This document shows, in pieces, positions 9,530 through 19,740 of a stretch of 64,000 nt of DNA. A program made the translations under genes and the position numbers. The DNA is taken from positions 96,001 to 160,000 of the forward strand of contig CAXXKA010000004.1 of NCBI GenBank assembly GCA_963668625.2. Reading direction: 5' to 3'. The stretch comes from an uncultured candidate division Zixibacteria bacterium (GTDB taxonomy: Bacteria; Zixibacteria; MSB-5A5; UBA10806; 4484-95). The notes under the pieces were generated by a model. The model searched no databases. It had not been told where the DNA came from and saw only the letters and a program-made list of their open reading frames with translations. The first letter of the stretch is position 1, and every line of letters starts with the position of its first letter.

Positions 9530-12139
9530 ATGAGAAACAAAAATTTCCTGTTAATGATTATGTTAGCAGGCATTCTACTATTAAGCTCGGTAGTCCAAGC
9601 CCAGGAGGATGTTGGGGTGTCGGCTATTTTAAGCCCTCCCGATACGGTGGCATTAAATGCCTCCTATCCTCTCAAGGCAGTTATTTTTAATCTGGGCAGT
9701 CAACCGAGTTCATTTGAAGTAGTATTCACCGTCGAGCTTTCAGGCGCCGGTACTTTTGATGTTGCCGATACGGTCAGTATCACGGATATGCCAAACGGCA
9801 TGATCGATACTGTCGAGTTTGCCGCATCGTTTACACCAGCTACCGAGGGCACTTACGATGTGGTATCTTACACGGTACTGCTCGGGGATGAAAACCCAGG
9901 CAACGATCTGTACGAAAAACAAACAATGACGCACTGGGGCCTGGTATTATGGTTCGGCAATGTTTCGGGAGATCCGATTTCTACGGATATTAACAGTCGG
10001 ATTGATATCGATGTATATGCCCAAACCAACGATGACGTTGAGGTGGCCGATTGCCATGTGTGTCTGGGCGTGAATTTAACTTATATTGACAGCATGTTTT
10101 CATTAAATGAGGGAGTCTGGTACAGTCCGTTCACCAGTTGGGATGTCAACCAGTTCTATGATCCTGAATATGAACCTATTAGGATGCCCGAGGGATTCGG
10201 CAGTCAATCGTTCCAGGGATTCGCCAACATCATACCGCCATATGACGCACCCTTATTGCACTCGCTGGTTCCGATTAAGATATTGACTTTTGTCTGTAAA
10301 ACCGCAAACGACTCCTCTATTATAGGTGCAACCGCCGAGGCTCTGGTTAAGGGCGATAACAGCATCCAGGGACCATCGAATGCGGGTGATCCATCAGGAT
10401 CGATTATATATCCGATTCTCGAACACTACACGCCATTGTATTTTCGTGGCGCAGGTATTCTTCGCGGCACGGTCACCGATCAGATAGGTGATCCGCTGGG
10501 CGGCGTGCTGGTTACGGATATTAACTCATCCCGTACGACTTATACCGAACCAAACGGCTCTTACCGACTCGAAAACCTCTTCCCCGGCAGTCACGATATC
10601 AGCTTTTCGCATTCAAGCCAACGTGACACCATAGTGACCGATGTAAATATTCCGGCTAACGGTACCAGGGTGTTGAATGTCCAGATGGAAGAACTGCCGT
10701 TTGATGATGTCGGTGTCACCGCGATTTTGAGCCCGCCGGCTTTCGTGCAGCAAAACATCAACTATCCGTTAAAATCTCAGGTAGCTAATATGGGAACGGC
10801 CACGAGTTCATTCGAGGTCATATTCGAGGCTTATATCCTGGGAGAGGCTACTCCACTGGTTGCAGACACGTTCGATGTAGTTGACATGGCAGGCGGAACG
10901 ATCGATACGATTACTTTCAGTCAGACTCTTTTTACCGCTTTAGATACTACTTATGAATTCGTTTCGTACTCACTCCTGGGCGCGGATGTCGACATTTCCA
11001 ACGACACTTCTTATGCCTCCAGTTCGATATTTTTCGGAGTAAATGCCTGGTACGGGTCGATCGAATCCGATCCGCTGGCGGCCAATATTGGAGACAGGCT
11101 GCCGATTGATGTTTATATCGAAACGGTCGAAGATATTTATCTGTCGTTTATCCATCTAAGCTTAGGAGCGAAAAAGCAGTTCATTGACAGCCTGTTGAGC
11201 AAAGATGAAGGCGTACTTCACTACCCGTTCACTGAATGGGATATTGCCCAATTCTCATCCACTCAGGGAACTCCCCCGAATCCCGATGGTTGGGCAAGCC
11301 AGTCATTTATCGGATTCAGCAGTATCGGTTCCGCTCGAAATCCCTGGCTTCATTTCGAAACCCCGACGAAGATTTTGACATTCATGGCGAAGGTGGTGGA
11401 CGACCCACTGCTTGTCGGAGATACAATCCAATGTTTCGGCCCGGGTGAAAACACAACATTCGGACCATCGAACGCCAGTGATACTCTTGTTCTCAACAAT
11501 TATCCGATAGTCGAGATTTTCTCGCCGATCTATTTCAAAGCGGTTGGTTTTGTTACCGGTACGGTAAGAGACGCCGCCGATGATCCGATCGAGGGAGTAA
11601 CCGTAACGGCTATAGGCTCCGGTATATCCGATAGCACCAACGGCCTCGGCGTTTACGCACTGGATAGCGTAACGGTTGGAATCTACGATATTTTATTTAC
11701 GCATCCGGTTTATCGTGAAACGACCGTCACCGACGTTGAAGTGCTTTTACGCGAAACAACCATACTCGACATGGTGCTGGCCTTCCCCTGCGAATATCTG
11801 CCGGGCGATGTTAACGCCGACGGCCACATATACGGCGCGGATGTCAGCTATCTCGTGAATTACCTTCGCGGAGCCGGACCTCAACCTCCTGATAGCTGTT
11901 TCAATACCAACGAAGACGAATGGCTTTATTCAGCGGCGGATGTCAACGCAGATTGCAGAATTACCGGCGCTGATGTTTCCGTACTGGTTAACTATTTCAG
12001 GGGTCTGCTGGCCTTGAGTTATTGCCCGTTTACTCCTCCGCCAAGTGGCGTTTTAGAATCAATAGCTAAGCAAAATCTTGAATATCCTATAAAGAAACCC
12101 GAATCATCAATCTCACTGGATATGGAGGATGAGCGATGA
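9530..12139 (+). CDS. Secreted scaffoldin-like protein: 2x [CARDB/Ig-like + cohesin-like + carboxypeptidase-regulatory-like] + canonical dockerin
   Basis: Signal peptide; internal duplication starting DVGV(S/T)AILSPP; GTVxDxxxDPxxGVxVT modules; GDVNADGHIYGADVSYLV..ADVNADCRITGADVSVLV. The cohesin assignment rests on pattern only. Confidence 0.65.
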   Translation: MRNKNFLLMIMLAGILLLSSVVQAQEDVGVSAILSPPDTVALNASYPLKAVIFNLGSQPSSFEVVFTVELSGAGTFDVADTVSITDMPNGMIDTVEFAASFTPATEGTYDVVSYTVLLGDENPGNDLYEKQTMTHWGLVLWFGNVSGDPISTDINSRIDIDVYAQTNDDVEVADCHVCLGVNLTYIDSMFSLNEGVWYSPFTSWDVNQFYDPEYEPIRMPEGFGSQSFQGFANIIPPYDAPLLHSLVPIKILTFVCKTANDSSIIGATAEALVKGDNSIQGPSNAGDPSGSIIYPILEHYTPLYFRGAGILRGTVTDQIGDPLGGVLVTDINSSRTTYTEPNGSYRLENLFPGSHDISFSHSSQRDTIVTDVNIPANGTRVLNVQMEELPFDDVGVTAILSPPAFVQQNINYPLKSQVANMGTATSSFEVIFEAYILGEATPLVADTFDVVDMAGGTIDTITFSQTLFTALDTTYEFVSYSLLGADVDISNDTSYASSSIFFGVNAWYGSIESDPLAANIGDRLPIDVYIETVEDIYLSFIHLSLGAKKQFIDSLLSKDEGVLHYPFTEWDIAQFSSTQGTPPNPDGWASQSFIGFSSIGSARNPWLHFETPTKILTFMAKVVDDPLLVGDTIQCFGPGENTTFGPSNASDTLVLNNYPIVEIFSPIYFKAVGFVTGTVRDAADDPIEGVTVTAIGSGISDSTNGLGVYALDSVTVGIYDILFTHPVYRETTVTDVEVLLRETTILDMVLAFPCEYLPGDVNADGHIYGADVSYLVNYLRGAGPQPPDSCFNTNEDEWLYSAADVNADCRITGADVSVLVNYFRGLLALSYCPFTPPPSGVLESIAKQNLEYPIKKPESSISLDMEDER

Positions 12140-14010
12140 AAAAGCTTTTGATTATATTACTGATTATAGCAGGCGTCGTTTCGGCATATGCTATAACACC
12201 TTTTAGCACCGATGATCCCACGGCATTAGTAGCGAAAAAAACAGCCATCTCTCCTGCTAATAAGGCGCAATCCGATGAATCCGTAAAACTGGCGACCGAC
12301 AACAATCGTCCGGGCACTCCCCTGCTGTCATCCGTGGACTGCCCCGCCGGAGCGAACTCCGAGGCCGAAGTATGCGGTGATGATACCAACGGCGGTTGCT
12401 TGATGGCTCCCGGAACCGAGCAGTTCGAAGCTATTAGCTGCGGTGATGCCGTATGCGGTACTTACTGGTCGGATGATGTCGATAGGGATCTCGACTGGTA
12501 TGAGCTCAATCTCACCGAGCGCGGTTTCATAAAATGGACAGCCGTCGGCGAAGCACCTACTCGTATCTGGATGTATGACGGCAGCGCCGGCTGTGCCGAC
12601 CCGGTGTATTTAGCATCGACCGCAGCCGATCCCGAGGATACGGCGATGGTTGAAATCGAGCTAACGGCCGGTACTTACTGGCTTGTAGTCGGGCCGGATG
12701 ACTGGTACGATATGCCCTGTGACGGCAGTGGTGACTACCCCAACGACTATGTCGTGATGGTCGAGTGCGAACTGGGGACTCCGGTTATTGATGTCACCCC
12801 GGATAGCATTTACGGTGAGGCTCTCGAGGGTTATTCGACTACGGAAAACCTGACTATAGCCAACACTGGAGCCGGTAGATTAAAATTCACGGTTGCGGCG
12901 ACTCAGGATTTCATAATGACCTTGTCCAACTCTGAAAATGAAAGGGACATAGACTTTGATCAACTCGATATCGAGACATTAATTTCCAGAGAATATTCCG
13001 ATGCCTATCGGGAATTCATCGAAAGCAATAATCTGAGTATGGAAAACCGGCAATCGGAGAATCCGCTTATCAGCGCTGTCGATTGCCCGCCCGATGGCGT
13101 GGCCGAAGCGGAAGCTTGCGGCGATAACACAAACGGCGGCTGTGCCATGTCGCCCGGTACCGAGGCATGGGAAACGATCTCCTGCAACTCCAGCGTATGT
13201 GGTACTGTCTGGTCGGATGGTACGAACCGTGACACTGACTGGTATCTCATGAGCCTGACCGAGTCAACTCTTTTGAACTGGTCGGTTACGGCTGATTTTC
13301 CGCTCATGACTATACTTCTGTTACCCGGCGAATTGGGTAATGGTTGCGGAGATTACGAAGCGTTGTTTATCGATTTAGCAGATCCCGGCGATACTGCTAA
13401 AGTAATCGCCAACTTGCCTGCCGGTGATTACTGGCTCTGGGTCGGGCCGACAGCCTGGTATGATATGCCCTGTGATGGCAGTGGTGATTATCCCAATGAC
13501 TATGTCGGTAGCCTCACTTGCGATCCGCCATGGCTGAATATCGATATTGCCGGGGGTACCATTCATCAGGGTGATGCTCCGGTTGAGATATCGATTCTTC
13601 TTGACGCCGCTGATCTGGTACCCGGAACGTATACAGGAGCTTTGCAGGTCAATTCGAATGATGATAGTAACAATCCGGTAGATATACCGATCGTTTTCGT
13701 TGTCAATAAAGTATTCGGATATATGCCCGGTGACGCTAACATGGCGGCAGGTATATGGCCAGCAACCGTTGATAATACCGATATCACCTACATGGTGGAG
13801 TATTTCAGAAAACACAATGATGGTTGTGAATTCGAGGGGTTTTTCGCCTCGGCGGATGCCAACGGTGACTGCCGGGTGAACGTAACTGATGTTACTTACC
13901 TGGTGCGCTACCTGGCGGGATTAGGCGGAACGCCACTTCATTGCCCGGCTTTCCCGGCTATGCCTCCGGTTCAGGAAACATATCCCGAATGCCAGATTAT
14001 AGAGTACTAG
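12136..14010 (+). CDS. Secreted Cys-rich protein with two PPC-like repeats and C-terminal variant dockerin
   Basis: Signal peptide; 2x DCPxxxxxEAExCGDxTNGGC..RDxDWY..WYDMPCDGSGDYPNDYV; GDANMAAGIWPATVDNTDITYMV..ADANGDCRVNVTDVTYLV; ATGA overlap with upstream gene. Confidence 0.75.
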   Translation: MKKLLIILLIIAGVVSAYAITPFSTDDPTALVAKKTAISPANKAQSDESVKLATDNNRPGTPLLSSVDCPAGANSEAEVCGDDTNGGCLMAPGTEQFEAISCGDAVCGTYWSDDVDRDLDWYELNLTERGFIKWTAVGEAPTRIWMYDGSAGCADPVYLASTAADPEDTAMVEIELTAGTYWLVVGPDDWYDMPCDGSGDYPNDYVVMVECELGTPVIDVTPDSIYGEALEGYSTTENLTIANTGAGRLKFTVAATQDFIMTLSNSENERDIDFDQLDIETLISREYSDAYREFIESNNLSMENRQSENPLISAVDCPPDGVAEAEACGDNTNGGCAMSPGTEAWETISCNSSVCGTVWSDGTNRDTDWYLMSLTESTLLNWSVTADFPLMTILLLPGELGNGCGDYEALFIDLADPGDTAKVIANLPAGDYWLWVGPTAWYDMPCDGSGDYPNDYVGSLTCDPPWLNIDIAGGTIHQGDAPVEISILLDAADLVPGTYTGALQVNSNDDSNNPVDIPIVFVVNKVFGYMPGDANMAAGIWPATVDNTDITYMVEYFRKHNDGCEFEGFFASADANGDCRVNVTDVTYLVRYLAGLGGTPLHCPAFPAMPPVQETYPECQIIEY

Positions 14011-14039
14011 TAATCGCATAAATCGTTAAGGCAAATTTA

Positions 14040-14066
14040 AAGCCGCTCGAATCCGGGCGGCTTTTT
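14040..14066. terminator. Bidirectional intrinsic terminator between convergent genes
   Basis: AAGCCGCTCG-AATC-CGGGCGGCTT followed by a T-run. Confidence 0.7.
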
Positions 14067-15678
14067 AATTAATGGGCTGCAGGGAAAAATCAATCTCATC
14101 CGAGGGTGGAACCGATATCGAATACGTTTCGGGATAATACCCGCTCTTGCTAATCTCCACCTGATATTCAGCCGAATTCAAATTAGGCAGAAGGAAATAT
14201 CCTGAGCTATCGGAGCTTATCGATAATTCCTCGTCGGTTTCGTTTTTCAAAGCGATATCAGCAACAATACCTCTATTGGTGATACTATCAACGATATACC
14301 CGGAAAGCGAGGGATAGTTAATAGCATCCCTGACATTGATAATACCCCAACCGAAACGGATATCAGGACGATTAGCCCGGCTGCCGGTTTCCAAAATCGC
14401 TTCTTTCACCTGCATGGGGGCCCAGTCCGGATGCGCCTGGATGATAAGCGCCGCCGCCCCGGCAACCAGAGGGCAAGAAAGCGAAGTACCGTTCCACTTG
14501 CCGAAACTATCGGTGGTATAAGGCGAGGCGGCAATAGTTGCCACCGCCCGGGCGCATATATCCGGCTTTATTCTACCATCGGTAGTCGGCCCCCAGGAGG
14601 AGCGACGGTATAGCAAACCGTTCCACTGCACACCGCCTATGCCTAATGACTTCGGCGAATCGGCAGGCGCTCCCAGAGTAAAACGACCCGGCCCGGAGTT
14701 ACCCATAGAGGAACAGAGTATCATCCCCTTATCGAACGCTATATTAGCTGCAATGGTGGTAACGCAGGTCACGCCATCGAAATCATCATCACTGTACCAA
14801 TTAGAGTAAGACAGTGAGGATGAGGCCAGATCAGCTCCCATCAACTCGCCCCATTCCAGCCCGGCTACGTAGTAGTCCTCCTCGACTGCCGTTTCCGAAC
14901 CTGTCTCCTCGGTTTTGCATAATATGTATGAGGCGGCAAACGCCGGTCCTATAAGCTCTCCCGGATAATAACCGCCGATAGTACCGAGACATCCCGTACC
15001 ATGCCTGGCTTGCCCCGGCCTGTCCTGACTATCATCCTGTCCCACGAAATCATCATCGTTGATAAAATCATGGCTGGCAATGATATTCATATGGTTGAAA
15101 GCATGATGGTATAACTCGAAGCCCGTATCGAGGAAACAGATAATGATATCCTCACCGTGAAATCCCCGCTCATGTGCCCAGATAGCGTTCATCTGCTCCA
15201 ACTGACGAAACGAAGCGCCATAATCCATTCCGGTTGGATGCTCCTGGTAGTTCCTCTCGCCCGCTTGCCAGCTTTCGGTTATCTCGTAGTTTAGAGATTG
15301 CGGATCGGAACTTGCGACCGGCTGTATTCGATCTATGATTTCCAGTTTTTCGATCTCTGCCAAATTCGGGATTAATACTACGACACTGACGGCGTTCAAC
15401 CATCTGCTTTGCTGCCTGATATCGACTACATGTTCGGTAATTATATCGAGGTATTTTTCATAAATCGGCAAATCATCATAATCGGCAACTATACCCGAAC
15501 CAAGCGCTTTAGCTCGTCTCTGAATAGTCCTTTCCGGTAGACTTTTTTGGAATTCGACTATACGCGATTCGATATCGGGGCCTTTATCTTTGAAAAATAA
15601 CCAGTACACCCCGGTGCTATCATCGGCATTTGCAACTGCCAGCACAAACAGCAATATTATCGTAATTATATATCTCAT
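14065..15678 (-). CDS. Secreted subtilisin-like S8 serine peptidase with C-terminal carboxypeptidase-regulatory-like domain
   Basis: Catalytic triad motifs FLDTG, HGT, GTSLSCPLVAG; oxyanion GNSG; signal peptide and prodomain. Confidence 0.93.
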   Translation of the reverse strand: MRYIITIILLFVLAVANADDSTGVYWLFFKDKGPDIESRIVEFQKSLPERTIQRRAKALGSGIVADYDDLPIYEKYLDIITEHVVDIRQQSRWLNAVSVVVLIPNLAEIEKLEIIDRIQPVASSDPQSLNYEITESWQAGERNYQEHPTGMDYGASFRQLEQMNAIWAHERGFHGEDIIICFLDTGFELYHHAFNHMNIIASHDFINDDDFVGQDDSQDRPGQARHGTGCLGTIGGYYPGELIGPAFAASYILCKTEETGSETAVEEDYYVAGLEWGELMGADLASSSLSYSNWYSDDDFDGVTCVTTIAANIAFDKGMILCSSMGNSGPGRFTLGAPADSPKSLGIGGVQWNGLLYRRSSWGPTTDGRIKPDICARAVATIAASPYTTDSFGKWNGTSLSCPLVAGAAALIIQAHPDWAPMQVKEAILETGSRANRPDIRFGWGIINVRDAINYPSLSGYIVDSITNRGIVADIALKNETDEELSISSDSSGYFLLPNLNSAEYQVEISKSGYYPETYSISVPPSDEIDFSLQPIN

Positions 15679-17003
15679 CAATAACTATACTCCACTGAGT
15701 AAGTGAGCGTTTTCTCCTGCCCGGGTTTGACAATCAGGTTGAATTCGATATTTTGAAAATCCTTCTTGATGAAATCATCACTTTCTGAAACGATATCCCA
15801 GTAACCGTACAGTTCCTCGGCTACTATCACCATCACGCTCTCGCTTTTATGATTGCGAATTTTGATCTCGAACGTATCCGAGTTACGATTGCGGCCGATT
15901 TTTTTGTGCTCGATACGCTTGCGCTCGGCGGTAATATCGAACGCCGTGCCCAGGTATATCTCGGCTTTTTCGCCGGAGGGAGTGCCCTCGAACATACCTG
16001 AGCCCAAAAACGAACCGGTTTTCTTATCGAAAATATTCATCCTGCCCGCCGGTAACGGCAGACCGAGTCCGGAGGTTTTATCATTTTTAAAAGATATCAT
16101 AGCTTTAACATCGGATTTAGTCTCCGACCATTCGTACTTATAATAATGCTCGACCTCTATCTCGGGCTGTTCGAACATATACGCCTGCTTATTCTCTCTC
16201 TCGCCGATAGTCACCCTGAAAGGCAGTCTATAACGATGGTAATCCACCAGCGGTTCGAGCTTTGCCTCGCGGGCTTTCACGGCCGTGCCGGAAACCGCCT
16301 GCTCGGCGGAGCCTGAGGTGGCCTCCTCACGCTCGACCTGTCCGGCAACGAGAATGATATCGGCATTGGGGAAAGCCACGCCGCACTCGTTTACGAAATT
16401 CACCCGGGCCGAAAGATCAGCGCTTTTGCCGCCATCGTATATCAGATGGTATTCGGTATGCCAGCTTAAGCCCCCGGTGAGATACGACAGGGTAATCTCA
16501 CCGCTCCCGGTCGCTTTGGAGTCGATGGTGACCTGGATTTGCGGTTGGGTAATCAATTCGGCCGGGATATCGGGCAGCTTGATATATTCGAAATCTTTAC
16601 GTTCGTAAATAAATACGCCTCCCTTGTAAATATTGGAGGCGATATACAGATAATCATCATCGTAGGAAAGTAGTTTGCCGGTATACAGTGAATCATCCTT
16701 TTTATATTCGATATTCTCGCCGAGGTATTTCTGGTATATACGTTCACCGCAAATTAAATCGTACTGGTAATCGATAGTCCTGATATCGAATTTATTGCTC
16801 CTGACATCAATGGATGCCGGATCGAGTTTCACCGCTATATCATCCAGTGAGATAACGTCCTCGCCTTTGGTGATATTGACCCGGCGTCCCTCGGTAACCT
16901 GCGAGAAACCATCATTATAGATATTAATAGTTATGTCTCTGTCATCCGCCACGGACACGGCGCATATAACGATTGCCAGGATAAGCGTTAACACGAATCT
17001 CAT
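15678..17003 (-). CDS. Secreted DUF4139-domain protein
   Basis: ITINIYNDGF, LSYLTGGLSW, LGLPLPAGR, IYLGTAFDI and C-terminal LTYSVEY patterns typical of DUF4139/DUF4140 proteins. Confidence 0.8.
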   Translation of the reverse strand: MRFVLTLILAIVICAVSVADDRDITINIYNDGFSQVTEGRRVNITKGEDVISLDDIAVKLDPASIDVRSNKFDIRTIDYQYDLICGERIYQKYLGENIEYKKDDSLYTGKLLSYDDDYLYIASNIYKGGVFIYERKDFEYIKLPDIPAELITQPQIQVTIDSKATGSGEITLSYLTGGLSWHTEYHLIYDGGKSADLSARVNFVNECGVAFPNADIILVAGQVEREEATSGSAEQAVSGTAVKAREAKLEPLVDYHRYRLPFRVTIGERENKQAYMFEQPEIEVEHYYKYEWSETKSDVKAMISFKNDKTSGLGLPLPAGRMNIFDKKTGSFLGSGMFEGTPSGEKAEIYLGTAFDITAERKRIEHKKIGRNRNSDTFEIKIRNHKSESVMVIVAEELYGYWDIVSESDDFIKKDFQNIEFNLIVKPGQEKTLTYSVEYSY

Positions 17004-17179
17004 CATTCCTCCGATTATGCTAAATAGGTATTCTATTTTCAAAAGCCATATTTTAAATTGATATTACATTTTACTTTATCGGGTCAAGATCATTTTGTAT
17101 TATATGCATAACTGTACTATTCGGGCGGGAACAAAGGCGCTTGATGGTAGTTTAGCATCATAAGAGACAAGGAGCAATA

Positions 17180-18451
17180 ATGAAAAAGATAATTTTCAGC
17201 GTGGTTTTCATTGCTATTATCGCATTATTAATAATATTCAACCCGTTCGGATCATCCGGCAAATCCGATGCCTCCATCGTACGCTCCTCTACCGCCGTCA
17301 TCGACAAAGGCAATATAGTAATATCGATAATTTCCACGGGTATAATAGAACCGATTCACACCGTCGAGCTAAAATCGAAAGCCTCCGGCGAGATCATCGA
17401 TTTCTCGTTCGAGGAGGGTGATCGGGTCAAAAAAGGCGAGCTGATACTCAGGCTCGACCCGATTACCGCCAGAAACGAGTACGATCAGGCAAAAGCCGAT
17501 CTGGACGTTGCCGAGGCCTCCCTGAGCAAAGCCGAAAAACAGGCCGCCCGCGCGGAGAAAATGTTCTCGCAGGAAATGATATCCGAGGAAGAGTTCGAGA
17601 ACATCGTTCTGGAAAAAGAGCAGGCAAACTCGAGCCTGGTGCGAGCCAGGACATCTTTATCGGACGCTGAGGAGCAATTATCTGATACCGAGATCGAGTC
17701 GCCGATCAATGGCCTTATCCTAACCAAGCTGGTCGAGGAGGGGCAAATTATAGCCTCTGGTATCTCGGCGGTTTCAGGCGGCACCACGATCGCCACTATC
17801 GCCGATCTATCCAGGGTATATGTCCGCGCCTCGGTTGATGAGGTCGATATCGGCCAGATACAGGCAGGCCAGAAAGCCACGGTAATCGCCGAATCATATC
17901 CTGATCGGGAATTCGAGGGCATAATAAAGCGCATACATCCACAGGCAATAGTCGAAAGCAACGTTACTACTTTCGATGTCACTATCGAGATCGATAACAG
18001 CGATGAACTCCTGATGGCCGGCATGAACGCCAGTGTCGAGATCACCGCCGGTTTTAAAGAGAACGTTCTATTAGTACCCCGCGAGGCGCTTAGCGATGCC
18101 CGGTCTATGTTCAGGATGGCCGGTATGAATCCCTCCGGCAATCGTAATGGCGGCGGTGGTGGACGGCCTCAGCAGGCGATCAATCACCAATCAGGACAGG
18201 GCGATAATCCAGGCGGCGGAAATGACGGTAAATCAGGGAAAAGCACTAAGATGGTTATAGTCACCAACAACGGCGAACAGGATCCCCGACCGGTAGAGAT
18301 CGGCCTGGCTAATTTCGAGGTGGCCGAGGTTGTCTCGGGGCTGGCCGAGGGCGATACCGTCTTGACAACCGTATCCTCGAAGGCTTTGCAGGATAGAGAA
18401 CAATTACTGGAACGTATGAAACGCTGGAATCAGCTTCCGGGAAGGAAATAG
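17180..18451 (+). CDS. MacA-like periplasmic adaptor (membrane fusion protein)
   Basis: N-terminal TM, lipoyl/hairpin motifs (EEGDRVKKGELI, IESPING), VDEVDIG, GLAEGDTV. Confidence 0.9.
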   Translation: MKKIIFSVVFIAIIALLIIFNPFGSSGKSDASIVRSSTAVIDKGNIVISIISTGIIEPIHTVELKSKASGEIIDFSFEEGDRVKKGELILRLDPITARNEYDQAKADLDVAEASLSKAEKQAARAEKMFSQEMISEEEFENIVLEKEQANSSLVRARTSLSDAEEQLSDTEIESPINGLILTKLVEEGQIIASGISAVSGGTTIATIADLSRVYVRASVDEVDIGQIQAGQKATVIAESYPDREFEGIIKRIHPQAIVESNVTTFDVTIEIDNSDELLMAGMNASVEITAGFKENVLLVPREALSDARSMFRMAGMNPSGNRNGGGGGRPQQAINHQSGQGDNPGGGNDGKSGKSTKMVIVTNNGEQDPRPVEIGLANFEVAEVVSGLAEGDTVLTTVSSKALQDREQLLERMKRWNQLPGRK

Positions 18452-18456
18452 CCGGT

Positions 18457-19677
18457 ATGAACTGGTTTCAATTCATTGGCGTGAGTTTCAGCTCACTTCT
18501 GGCAAATAAAGTCCGTTCGTTTCTCACCATGCTGGGTATCATTATAGGAGTTGGAGCGGTTATCACCATGATATCTCTGGGGCAAGGCGCGCAAAAAGCA
18601 GTCTCGGACCGCCTGGAGGCGTTAGGCACTAACTTGCTATATGTCCGCTCGGGGGCGATGCATGGTCCGGGTAGAGTACGGTCAGCGGCCGGCTCGGTGG
18701 AACGGCTGAATGAGAAAGATATGAAACGCCTTCAAGCGGAATGCGAGGCTATCGATTATGTAGTACCTGAAATTCGAGGTAACTCGCAGGTCATATACGG
18801 CAACAAAAACTGGAACACGACTGTCATTGGCACCAGCCCGGAATATTCCTTGCTGCGTAATTTCACGATCGGCGAGGGTGAGATGTTCTCTCATCACGAT
18901 GTAAACGCTATTGCCAGAACCGCTGTGATAGGCCCGACCGTGGCCGAAAATCTGTTCGGCGATTCGTTTCCTCTGGGCAAGACAATCCGTGTCGGTCGGC
19001 TGCGTTTTACGGTGGTCGGCGTAACCGAATCCAAAGGCGTATCGGGCGGCTGGATGGATTATGATGATATAATCTTGATACCGTATACTACCGCCCAGAA
19101 ACGCGTTTTCGGCATAGATAATTTGAACAGGTTTATCGCGCGTTTGAAAGATGAAAATATGCTGCGCGCCGCTTACGTGGAAATCGAGAGCGTCCTGCGT
19201 AAATCACATCGCCTGCGACCTGATCAGGACAACGATTTCTTCATTCAATCGATGACTGATTATGCCTCGGCCCGCGAGGAAACTACCAACACACTAACCT
19301 ACCTTCTGGCGGGTGTGGCGCTGGTATCGCTCATTGTAGGCGGTATCGGAATCATGAATATCATGCTGGTTTCGGTCACCGAGCGTACCCGCGAGATCGG
19401 AGTGCGTATGGCGGTCGGCGCTAAACGTCGCGATATACTGATCCAGTTCATACTGGAGTCGATTACGCTATCATTGCTCGGCGGCTTGCTGGGTATAGTT
19501 GCGGGTATCGGCGCGTCTTATTCGATGTCGGAATTTTTCGGCTGGACTACGCTTATCGCTCCGGCGGCGGTGGTTGTCTCGTTTTTATTCGCGTTCGCGG
19601 TTGGCGTATTTTTCGGTATCTACCCCGCTCGTAAAGCCTCGCTGATGGACCCGATAGAGGCATTGAGGTGGGAGTAG
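18457..19677 (+). CDS. MacB/FtsX-family ABC permease (no fused ATPase)
   Basis: RSFLTMLGIIIGVGAV, GGIGIMNIMLVSVTERTREIGVRMAVGA, YPARKAS..DPIEALRWE. Confidence 0.93.
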   Translation: MNWFQFIGVSFSSLLANKVRSFLTMLGIIIGVGAVITMISLGQGAQKAVSDRLEALGTNLLYVRSGAMHGPGRVRSAAGSVERLNEKDMKRLQAECEAIDYVVPEIRGNSQVIYGNKNWNTTVIGTSPEYSLLRNFTIGEGEMFSHHDVNAIARTAVIGPTVAENLFGDSFPLGKTIRVGRLRFTVVGVTESKGVSGGWMDYDDIILIPYTTAQKRVFGIDNLNRFIARLKDENMLRAAYVEIESVLRKSHRLRPDQDNDFFIQSMTDYASAREETTNTLTYLLAGVALVSLIVGGIGIMNIMLVSVTERTREIGVRMAVGAKRRDILIQFILESITLSLLGGLLGIVAGIGASYSMSEFFGWTTLIAPAAVVVSFLFAFAVGVFFGIYPARKASLMDPIEALRWE

Positions 19678-19692
19678 TTTTATTTAAAACAA

Positions 19693-19714
19693 AAGGCGGC
19701 ACTAAGGCCGCCTT
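19693..19714. terminator. Hairpin terminator between convergent genes
   Basis: AAGGCGGC-ACTAAG-GCCGCCTT with a flanking A-run. Confidence 0.6.
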
Positions 19715-19740
19715 CCGGAATTTGCAATTTTCGTTAACTT

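Noticed and set aside
3734-14010. True cellulosome for plant-polysaccharide degradation
   Set aside because: No glycoside hydrolase or CBM3-like sequence is recognisable in any dockerin-bearing protein here.
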